Source: an uncultured Bacteroidales bacterium
GTDB taxonomy: Bacteria; Bacillota_I; Bacilli_A; ML615J-28; CAG-698
Direction of reading: 5' to 3'
DNA length: 62,397 nt
Assembly: GCA_964411675.1 (NCBI GenBank)
Contig: CAYPLR010000005.1
Coordinates: 1 to 62,397 of the forward strand
Part shown: positions 19,120 through 26,235 of the stretch, piece by piece
Numbering within the stretch: the first letter of the stretch is position 1
How the letters are laid out: each line of letters opens with the position of its first letter
Notes under the pieces: generated by a model
The model's database searches: none
What the model saw: the letters and a program-made list of their open reading frames with translations, nothing else
Told to the model about the DNA's origin: nothing
Position numbers and translations under genes: made by a program

Positions 19120-19935
19120 ATGTGGGAAAAAATAGTAACATTTATCAATGCATCGACGAAAGCAATTATTGAAACAGCAATATTAGTGGGTATTACCTTT
19201 ATTTTGTTTGTTGTCATTTCTATTGTAGGAAATAGAATTATTAAAAGGCAAAGAAACAAAAAGAAAAAAGCAATGACACTAACAAAGATGATTCAAAGTA
19301 TTCTTCGCTATGTGGTATTAATACTAGCAGTCATTATCATATTAAGTTTTTGGGGTGTTCAAGTAGGACCTATTTTAGCGGGAGCAGGTATCATTGGAAT
19401 CGTGATAGGTCTTGGTGCACAAGATTTAATTAAAGACTTGTTAAGTGGTTTTAGTATTATTTTTGAAAATTATTATGATATTGATGATGTTGTTGAAATA
19501 AAAGGATTCAAAGGTAGAGTATTAGATATAGGCTTAAAATCTACTAAATTAATTAATTGGAAAAATGAAGTTAAAGTATTTACCAACGGAGATATTAAGG
19601 ACATCACTAATTTTTCTAAAAATCCTTCGGTAGGAGTTGTAGAAATAGGAATTAGTTACCATGAAAGTATTGATAAGGTAATTGCATTACTTGAGGAAAA
19701 ATTAGTTGTAATAAAAGAATTGTTCCCCCAAGTAATTGAAGGACCTAATGTCATCGGAGTGACAAACTTTACAGATAGTGCAATGATTATCAGAATCACA
19801 GTAAAAACAGAACCAGAAAAGCATTATGATGTTGAGCGAGCAATTAGGAAATATGCAAAAGAAATATTTGATACGAATGGTATTAAAATACCTTTTCCAC
19901 AGATGGTAGTTTATCATGGCGATAGTAAAAACTGA
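19120..19935 (+). CDS. Small-conductance mechanosensitive channel (MscS family)
   Basis: ILAGAGIIGIVIGLGAQDLIKD.LSG, DVVEI...GRVLDIGLKST, IKIPFPQ. Confidence 0.9.
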   Translation: MWEKIVTFINASTKAIIETAILVGITFILFVVISIVGNRIIKRQRNKKKKAMTLTKMIQSILRYVVLILAVIIILSFWGVQVGPILAGAGIIGIVIGLGAQDLIKDLLSGFSIIFENYYDIDDVVEIKGFKGRVLDIGLKSTKLINWKNEVKVFTNGDIKDITNFSKNPSVGVVEIGISYHESIDKVIALLEEKLVVIKELFPQVIEGPNVIGVTNFTDSAMIIRITVKTEPEKHYDVERAIRKYAKEIFDTNGIKIPFPQMVVYHGDSKN

Positions 19936-20122
19936 TTACGCTGATGGCGATATTTTAGAGTTTAAGAAGCCCCATCCTTGTGGTGGAAAAACATGGAAAA
20001 TCATTCGTGCGGGGGTCGATTGTAAATTAGAATGTGAAACATGTAAACGAGTTGTTATTATCCCAAGAATAGAAATAAACAAAAAAATAAAAAAAGTAAT
20101 CAATTCTAGAACACAAAGCTAG
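19916..20122 (+). CDS. DUF951 (YyzM-like) protein
   Basis: KKPHPCG...W...R.GVDCKLEC..CKR; usual neighbor of mscS and parA. Confidence 0.9.
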   Translation: MAIVKTDYADGDILEFKKPHPCGGKTWKIIRAGVDCKLECETCKRVVIIPRIEINKKIKKVINSRTQS

Positions 20123-20133
20123 AATTGATTTTT
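20098..20133 (+). terminator. Intrinsic terminator ending the mnmG operon
   Basis: AATCAATTCTAG-9 nt-CTAGAATTGATT plus TTT. Confidence 0.6.
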
Positions 20134-20164
20134 ATGTGTTAATCTACAAGAAAGGTGGTTTCTA

Positions 20165-21886
20165 ATGGTTAAAAGTTTTATTAAGTATTATCGTCCTCAT
20201 ATAAAACTATTTATATTGGACATGGTTTGTGCACTAACAATATCTTTGATAGATTTACTATTTCCCATGGTTACTAGTAAAGTACTTAGGGAATATATTC
20301 CTAACGGAGCAATACGAACAATCGTTATAGTGGGAGTAGTCTTACTTGTTTTTTATGGAATCCGCTTCTTGTTATCCTATGTAATAGGATATTATGGGCA
20401 CATCATGGGAATAGGATTAGAAACGGATATGCGAACAGATTTGTTTAAAAAGTTTCAAACAATGGACTATCAGTTTTTTGATGATAAGAAAACAGGAGAA
20501 CTGATGACCAATTTAACAACGCATCTGCATGATGTGTCAGAGATGAGCCATCACGCACCAGAAGATTTATTTATTTCTTTTTTGATGCTAGTAGGAAGTT
20601 TTATTTATTTGATGTTTGTAAATGCATACTTAACAATGATTATATTTATTTTCTTATCCTTTCTTATTATTTATTCTATTTCTAGACGTAAAAAAATGAT
20701 GAAAGGCTTTCAAAATGCTAGAAATGCTCAAGGAGAGTTAAACGCAGAAGTAGAAAGTAGCATCAGTGGAATCCGATTAACAAAAGCATTTCATAATGAA
20801 GATTATGAAGAGAAAAAATTCGAAAAAATAAATACGTTATATAAGTCAGCACGAACAGAAACATTTCGCCAAATTGGTTTGTTCGGTTCAGGAAATGATT
20901 TTTTTATTAATCTAGCAAATTTAGCGTTACTTGTTTTTGGAGGATTTTTCGTCTATAAAAAATGGATTGATTATATTGATCTAACGACGTATTTCTTGTA
21001 TGTTAACTTCTTAATTAAACCTATTTCGAGATTAACAAATTCTATGGAGCAATTACAACAAGGATTTTCAGGAATAGAAAAGTTCTATAACATCATGAAT
21101 ATAAATCCTAAAATTGTAAGTTCTGAAAAAGGTATTGAGAAAAAAGATTTCATTGGTAATGTAGATTTTGTTGATGTGAAATTTAGTTATAATCAAAATG
21201 AGGATCAGTATGTATTATCTAATTTTACTCTAAGTATACCAGCTGGTAGAAAAGTAGCATTAGTAGGTGAAACAGGGGTTGGCAAGACAACAATATCGAA
21301 ATTAATTCCTCGTTTCTATGATGTTGAAGAAGGACAAGTAAAAGTTGATGGAATTGATGTTCGTGACTATAATCTATATAATCTTCGAGAAGCGATAGGT
21401 CACGTTCAACAGGATGTTTTCATTTTCTATGGAACCATTAAAGAAAATATCCTCTATGGTAAACCAGAAGCAACCATGGAAGAAGTAATAGAAGCGGCTA
21501 AGAATGCAAGAATTCATGATTTCATTATGACGCTTGAACAAGGGTATGATACCCTTACAGGAGAAAGAGGAATTAGGCTATCGGGTGGTCAACAACAGCG
21601 AATTGCAATTGCTAGACTCTTCCTAAAGAATCCTAAGATTCTAATTTTAGACGAAGCAACTTCTTCATTAGATAATATTACCGAAACCTTGATTCAAAAA
21701 TCATTTGATGATTTAGCGAAGGGAAAAACAACAATTGTAATAGCTCATCGCTTGACAACAATAAGAAATGCAGATGAAATTATAGTAATTGGTAAAAATG
21801 GAATATTGGAACGTGGAAAACACGAGGAATTAATGAATAATAATGGCTATTATTCCTCTTTGTATCATTCAAGTATTACAATATAA
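20165..21886 (+). CDS. ABC exporter, fused permease/ATPase
   Basis: N-terminal TM domain; GETGVGKT, LSGGQQQR, ILDEATS, AHR. Confidence 0.92.
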   Translation: MVKSFIKYYRPHIKLFILDMVCALTISLIDLLFPMVTSKVLREYIPNGAIRTIVIVGVVLLVFYGIRFLLSYVIGYYGHIMGIGLETDMRTDLFKKFQTMDYQFFDDKKTGELMTNLTTHLHDVSEMSHHAPEDLFISFLMLVGSFIYLMFVNAYLTMIIFIFLSFLIIYSISRRKKMMKGFQNARNAQGELNAEVESSISGIRLTKAFHNEDYEEKKFEKINTLYKSARTETFRQIGLFGSGNDFFINLANLALLVFGGFFVYKKWIDYIDLTTYFLYVNFLIKPISRLTNSMEQLQQGFSGIEKFYNIMNINPKIVSSEKGIEKKDFIGNVDFVDVKFSYNQNEDQYVLSNFTLSIPAGRKVALVGETGVGKTTISKLIPRFYDVEEGQVKVDGIDVRDYNLYNLREAIGHVQQDVFIFYGTIKENILYGKPEATMEEVIEAAKNARIHDFIMTLEQGYDTLTGERGIRLSGGQQQRIAIARLFLKNPKILILDEATSSLDNITETLIQKSFDDLAKGKTTIVIAHRLTTIRNADEIIVIGKNGILERGKHEELMNNNGYYSSLYHSSITI

Positions 21887-21893
21887 TAAGATT

Positions 21894-21925
21894 CGTGATG
21901 TTGTATTAGACATCACGCTTTTTTT
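21894..21925 (+). terminator. Intrinsic terminator
   Basis: CGTGATGT-8 nt-ACATCACG then CTTTTTTT. Confidence 0.8.
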
Positions 21926-21959
21926 ATTGTGATAGTGAAACGTTTTCACAAAAAAAGTT

Positions 21960-21987
21960 TTGACATGTACTGAGATAATGATATAAT
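21960..21987 (+). promoter_or_regulatory. Consensus sigma-A promoter of the amino-acid ABC importer operon
   Basis: TTGACA-16 nt-TATAAT with extended -10 TG; predicted TSS near 21994. Confidence 0.85.
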
Positions 21988-22004
21988 GATTGCATACAAA
22001 AAAA

Positions 22005-22085
22005 CGGGTTGAATTTAAAAGATAAAAGAAAAGATTTCTTTTTGAGCATAAATTTAAATTGAACCTATGTTTAATAGGTTTTTTT
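22005..22085 (+). promoter_or_regulatory. Leader attenuator unit 1 (antiterminator arm + conserved core + terminator)
   Basis: Core TTTAAAAGAT-[AAAAGAAA/AGA/TTTCTTTT]-TGAGCAT; terminator AACCTAT/ATAGGTT plus T-run; GGGTT 22006-10 pairs with AACCT 22062-66. Confidence 0.7.
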
Positions 22086-22094
22086 GTTACTAAT

Positions 22095-22181
22095 CCAGGA
22101 TGAATTTTATTTAAAAGATGAGAGAAAAGAATTCTCTTTGAGTATAGGTAAAAAATTTCAATCCTGAGATAGGATTTTTTT
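22095..22181 (+). promoter_or_regulatory. Leader attenuator unit 2
   Basis: Core TTTAAAAGAT-[GAGAGAA/AAGAA/TTCTCTT]-TGAGTAT; terminator AATCCT/AGGATT plus T-run; CAGGAT 22096-101 pairs with ATCCTG 22161-66. Confidence 0.7.
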
Positions 22182-22189
22182 ATTTTTAT

Positions 22190-22291
22190 CCAGGTTATTT
22201 TGTTTAAAAGATAGAAGTGATTCTTGAGCATAGTCTTAAAATACCTCTTGAGTATAAAGCAAAAAGCACCTGGTAAGGTACTTTTTATTTT
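22190..22291 (+). promoter_or_regulatory. Leader attenuator unit 3
   Basis: Core TTTAAAAGAT-[AGAA/GTGA/TTCT]-TGAGCAT plus a second TGAGTAT; terminator-like AAAAAGCACCT/AGGTACTTTTT (one C-A mismatch); CCAGGT 22190-95 pairs with ACCTGG 22268-73. Confidence 0.6.
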
Positions 22292-22305
22292 ACAGGAGGT
22301 TTTTT

Positions 22306-22353
22306 ATGCGGCGGAAGAACTCAAACACAAAAAACAGATTTGTAATCGGATAA
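22306..22353 (+). CDS. Putative leader peptide MRRKNSNTKNRFVIG (15 aa)
   Basis: Perfect AGGAGG SD at 22294-99, 6 nt before ATG; codons 2-3 are CGG CGG; not in ORF track; translation unproven. Confidence 0.45.
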   Translation: MRRKNSNTKNRFVIG

Positions 22354-22407
22354 GCCCTATATTAGGTGACAATGAAAGAAAACAAAATTAAAAAGAGGAG
22401 AAGAAAA

Positions 22408-23226
22408 ATGAAAAAAATTATTTGTTTTATATTATTAGTGATTAGTGTATTTGGATTAGCAGGATGTAAAAAGAATGTACTTAGTGAAATAACAAAAAAA
22501 GGTGAAATCGTAATCGTTACTTCACCAGACTATCCAGCATTTGAATTTATCGATGAGTCAAAAGAAGGACAAGATAAATATGTGGGTGCAGATATAGAAT
22601 TTATGAAATATATCGCTAAGGAATTGGGTGTAACATTAAAAATAGAAGCTACAGATTTTGATACAACATTAGCATTAGTATCAACAGGAGCTGCTGATTT
22701 AGCAATTTCAGGATTTACTTATAAACCCGAAAGAGCAGAAAACTATGAGCTATCTGATCCATATTATCAAGAAGGAACTCAAGGTATTATTATACTAAAG
22801 AGCGATTATGATAAGAATCAATACAACACATTAGCTAAATTAAATGTTGCTGGTGTAAAAGTTGGTGGACAAAGTGGATCATTACAATTTGACTATATTA
22901 CAAATCAACTACAAAACGCTACTGCAGAAGCATTTGCAAAAATTGCTGATGGATTACTATTACTTGACAATGGTACAATCAAAGCAGTTGCATTAGCATC
23001 AAGTGTTGCTGAAAATGTAATAGCCCAACAACCAGATAAATATGTATTCCTAGAAGAAACATTTACCGTTCCAACAGAAGAAACACAGTTGTTTGTTTTA
23101 GTAGCCAAAGGACAAACCGAATTAATCGAAAAGATTAATGAAATCATCGCAAAGATGATTGCTGAAGAAAAATATGAAATTTGGTTCCAAGAAGCAACTG
23201 ATTTAGCTGCAAGCTTAACTGAGTAA
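22408..23226 (+). CDS. Polar amino-acid ABC transporter substrate-binding lipoprotein
   Basis: Lipobox GLAGC, SPDYPAFEF, GADIE, DLAISGFTYKPER; start set to ATG 22408 behind GAGGAG (ORF track begins 22366). Confidence 0.9.
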   Translation: MKKIICFILLVISVFGLAGCKKNVLSEITKKGEIVIVTSPDYPAFEFIDESKEGQDKYVGADIEFMKYIAKELGVTLKIEATDFDTTLALVSTGAADLAISGFTYKPERAENYELSDPYYQEGTQGIIILKSDYDKNQYNTLAKLNVAGVKVGGQSGSLQFDYITNQLQNATAEAFAKIADGLLLLDNGTIKAVALASSVAENVIAQQPDKYVFLEETFTVPTEETQLFVLVAKGQTELIEKINEIIAKMIAEEKYEIWFQEATDLAASLTE

Positions 23227-23235
23227 AAATAAAAG

Positions 23236-23886
23236 ATGTTTGAAAACTTATACAAAATACTGATTAAATATTTTCCGTTATTTATGGAGGGGATGGGCGT
23301 TACCCTTCTCCTTTCTTTAATAACAGTGGTCTTTGGAACGATCCTAGGAACAATCTTTGCTTTGATGAGATTATCAAAAAGCAAAATACTAAATGTTATC
23401 TCCGAAATATATACGGAAATTGTAAGAGGAGTTCCCTTGTTGTTACAATTATGGGTAATTTATTTGTTGTTTAGTTCTACGCTTGGTAAAGTAGTAGCAG
23501 TGTGCTTAGCGCTGTTGTTAAATTCAGCAGCCTATGTTGCAGAAATTATTAGGTCGGGAATTCAAGCAGTAGATAAAGGTCAGGTGGAAGCTTCTAGAAG
23601 TTTGGGAATTAATGCCAATAAAACAATGATAAAAATAGTTCTTCCTCAAGCAATTAAGAATATCTTACCAGCATTGGGAAATGAATTTGTCACAGTAATA
23701 AAAGAAACTTCATTATCTTCAGTATTCTACATTGGAGATTTAATGACAGCCAAAACAATTATTACAACACAAACCTATTTAGCAATTGAACCTTACATTA
23801 TCATAGGAATTATCTATTTCATCTTAACGTATACGCTATCAAAAGTGATTGGTAAGTTTGAAAAGAGGTTGAAACTAAGTGATTAA
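23236..23886 (+). CDS. Polar amino-acid ABC transporter permease
   Basis: [37 protein letters not shown] (EAA motif), [14 protein letters not shown]. Confidence 0.93.
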   Translation: MFENLYKILIKYFPLFMEGMGVTLLLSLITVVFGTILGTIFALMRLSKSKILNVISEIYTEIVRGVPLLLQLWVIYLLFSSTLGKVVAVCLALLLNSAAYVAEIIRSGIQAVDKGQVEASRSLGINANKTMIKIVLPQAIKNILPALGNEFVTVIKETSLSSVFYIGDLMTAKTIITTQTYLAIEPYIIIGIIYFILTYTLSKVIGKFEKRLKLSD

Positions 23887-24748
23887 AGTAAAGAATTTAC
23901 AGAAAAAATTTGGCTCTTTAGAAGTTTTAAAGGGAATAGATGAAACAATTGCAAAAGGTGAAGTAGTATCTGTTATAGGTCCTAGTGGTAGTGGTAAGTC
24001 AACATTTTTAAGATGTTTAAATTTGTTAGAAATTCCTACCAAAGGAACAATTGAATTTGATGGAGAAATCATTTATAAGAAAGAATCTTCGCGATACAAA
24101 AAAGCAGTTGATGCTATTAAAGCAAAGAAAAAAGAAATGAATTCTCAGGAATACAAAGAAAAATACGAGGCAGCTGTTTTAGAATATAAAGAGCATCAAA
24201 GCCTTGAAAAGGCACGACTAAAAAAATTAGATAAAACCATTAATGTTCATCGTCAAAAAATGGGAATGGTTTTCCAACATTTTAATGTTTTTCCTCATCT
24301 AAATGTATTAGAAAATATTACTTTAGCACCGATATTAACTAACAAAATGACGAAAGATGAAGCTGAAAAAGTAGCAAAAGATTTGTTGGAAAAGGTTGGC
24401 CTTAAAGATAAGGTGTATGAATATCCTAAAAAACTTAGTGGTGGTCAAAAACAACGTTTAGCCATTGCTAGAGCTCTTGCCATGAATCCTAAAGTTATGT
24501 TGTTTGATGAGCCAACAAGTGCTCTTGATCCGGAAATGGTAAAAGAAGTTTTGGATATCATTAAACAAGTTGTTAAAATGGGAATGACTGTTGTGATAGT
24601 AACCCACGAAATGGGATTTGCAAAAGAAATAAGTGATCGAGTTTTCTTTATGGACGATGGAAAAATTGTTGAAAAAGGAACCCCAAAAGAAGTTTTTGAG
24701 AATCCACAACATCCAAGAACAAAAGAATTCTTAAGTAAAGTGTTATAA
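23879..24748 (+). CDS. Polar amino-acid ABC transporter ATPase (GlnQ/ArtR-like) with ~45-aa insertion
   Basis: [44 protein letters not shown]. Confidence 0.93.
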   Translation: MIKVKNLQKKFGSLEVLKGIDETIAKGEVVSVIGPSGSGKSTFLRCLNLLEIPTKGTIEFDGEIIYKKESSRYKKAVDAIKAKKKEMNSQEYKEKYEAAVLEYKEHQSLEKARLKKLDKTINVHRQKMGMVFQHFNVFPHLNVLENITLAPILTNKMTKDEAEKVAKDLLEKVGLKDKVYEYPKKLSGGQKQRLAIARALAMNPKVMLFDEPTSALDPEMVKEVLDIIKQVVKMGMTVVIVTHEMGFAKEISDRVFFMDDGKIVEKGTPKEVFENPQHPRTKEFLSKVL

Positions 24749-24772
24749 AACTCTAGGCAACTAGAGTTTTTT
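24747..24772 (+). terminator. Intrinsic terminator
   Basis: AAAACTCTAG-GCAA-CTAGAGTTTT TT; GNRA loop. Confidence 0.85.
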
Positions 24773-24835
24773 ATTTGTGTTAGAAAAAAACACAAAGTCT
24801 TTGTTATAATAGTAGAAGAATAACGAGGTGAAGCA

Positions 24836-26128
24836 ATGAAAAAAATATTTTTAATGATTTCATTTTTTTTGTTAATTTTTTTGTTAGTTGGTTGTAAAGA
24901 AAAAGAAATGGAAGACCCAATTGATGAATTTCCTACTGAAACACCTTCTGAAACGCCAGAAACAGAAGATTCTTATGAGGAAAGTCTATCACCAGAAGGA
25001 GTAAAAGGAGAGGTCATTCCTGAAGAAGGAGATAATCCTATAGACTTTACTCCACAAGCAGGACAACTTTCAGTCAGTGAGTGGAGTGATATAAAAAATT
25101 ATGGTTTTTGGCTAGGCCTTTTTACCAGCGGACAAGATTCTAAAGAGGGTTTATTTACTGAGTATTATAATAAGGGATATTTTGATGCTCTAAATATGAT
25201 CGAAGTTGTTATTAAGAATGGTGAAGAAAAAGTTTCGGGAGCTAGAGTAGAGCTTTTAGATGAAAACCAAGAAGTTTTATATAAGGCAATTACTAACGCG
25301 AACGGGAAAGCATATTTATTCCCAGCAAGCAAAGAAACATCGGCGATTAAGCAAATAGGAATAACAGTTAATAATGTAACAATATACCAAGATTACACAT
25401 ATAGTAAAGAAGTAAATACAGTAGAATATAATATAAATACATCAAACACCAAAGAGAAAGTAATTGAAATTATGTTTGTTATCGATACAACAGGTTCAAT
25501 GGGTGATGAAATTTATTACCTAAAAGCAGAAATAGATTATGTAATCGGTTCAGTAAAAGAAAATCATCCAGAAGTTGAAATTCGCTTGGCTCTTCTTTTC
25601 TATCGTGATTTAGGAGATGAATATGTCACAAGATATTTTGATTTTTCTACGGACATCGAAGATCAAAAGAGAAATCTTGCAGCTCAAAATGCTATGGGCG
25701 GTGGAGATTGGGAAGAAGCAGTTGATATCGCATTAGAAGAGGCAGTAACAAAAAATTGGAGTGAACAAAACACAACAAAATTACTTTTCCATGTACTTGA
25801 TGCACCTCCTCACTATCAACAAGACATTATGACTAAATATGCTGATGCAATTCAGATTGCAAGTAGTAAAGGAATTCGGATGATTCCTGTTGCATCTAGT
25901 GGAATTGATAAATATACAGAATATCTACTTCGTAATGAAGCAATGATGACGGGAGGAACGTATACATTCATTACTAATCATTCAGGTATCGGTGGTGAAC
26001 ATATAGAAGCAACTGTAGGCGAGACAGTAGTAGAGTATTTAAATATGATGTTAATTAGGATTATCAACGAATACTATACAGGAATCGAACAAGAAAAAGT
26101 TCCATATTATATCCCAGAACAAAAGTAA
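24836..26128 (+). CDS. vWA-domain lipoprotein
   Basis: Lipobox LLVGC, acidic Pro/Thr linker, beta-sandwich (KAITNANGKAYLF), MIDAS-like DTTGSMG, GGGDWEEA, LDAPPH. Confidence 0.8.
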   Translation: MKKIFLMISFFLLIFLLVGCKEKEMEDPIDEFPTETPSETPETEDSYEESLSPEGVKGEVIPEEGDNPIDFTPQAGQLSVSEWSDIKNYGFWLGLFTSGQDSKEGLFTEYYNKGYFDALNMIEVVIKNGEEKVSGARVELLDENQEVLYKAITNANGKAYLFPASKETSAIKQIGITVNNVTIYQDYTYSKEVNTVEYNINTSNTKEKVIEIMFVIDTTGSMGDEIYYLKAEIDYVIGSVKENHPEVEIRLALLFYRDLGDEYVTRYFDFSTDIEDQKRNLAAQNAMGGGDWEEAVDIALEEAVTKNWSEQNTTKLLFHVLDAPPHYQQDIMTKYADAIQIASSKGIRMIPVASSGIDKYTEYLLRNEAMMTGGTYTFITNHSGIGGEHIEATVGETVVEYLNMMLIRIINEYYTGIEQEKVPYYIPEQK

Positions 26129-26141
26129 TTTATAAAATAAC

Positions 26142-26172
26142 AAGAGCAATTTAACGTTGCTCTTTTTATTTT
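26142..26172 (+). terminator. Intrinsic terminator
   Basis: AAGAGCAA-7 nt-TTGCTCTT plus T-rich tail. Confidence 0.75.
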
Positions 26173-26235
26173 TTCCTTGTTTCTTTGTTTGAGAAATGAT
26201 AGAATAGTACAGTCTATATAAACAAAGGAGTTCTT

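Noticed and set aside
15770-20122. Proximity to oriC implied by mnmG-rsmG-parA
   Set aside because: No dnaA, mnmE or yidC and no cluster of DnaA boxes were seen in the window
21935-21949. cre/LacI-like site GTGAAACGTTTTCAC upstream of the importer promoter
   Set aside because: Only the right half fits the 14-bp consensus and the spacing is off by one; too weak to call without a regulator
22014-22145. PyrR-binding attenuators (UUUAAAA...UGAG similarity)
   Set aside because: The ARUCCNGNGAGGYU loop is absent, the predicted logic is ON rather than anti-antiterminator, and the downstream genes are not pyrimidine genes
22014-22255. The three leader repeats as a CRISPR array
   Set aside because: The period is about 95 nt, the repeat has a variable interior, the spacers are structurally homologous terminators, and no cas genes are present
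22005-22291. Leader as T-box riboswitch(es)
   Set aside because: AAAGAU...UGA resembles the Stem I GA motif, but there is no AGGGTGGNACC T-box sequence, AG bulge or distal loop, and no UGGN antiterminator bulge in units 1-2
22005-22353. Type III toxin-antitoxin RNA repeat array
   Set aside because: No ToxN/CptN/TenpN-like gene follows, the units are longer than such repeats, and each has its own terminator
22366-22407. In-frame N-terminal extension MTMKENKIKKRRRK as an Arg-sensing segment
   Set aside because: The RRR codons coincide with the SD sequence (AAGAGGAGAAG) of ATG 22408, which gives a normal lipoprotein signal peptide
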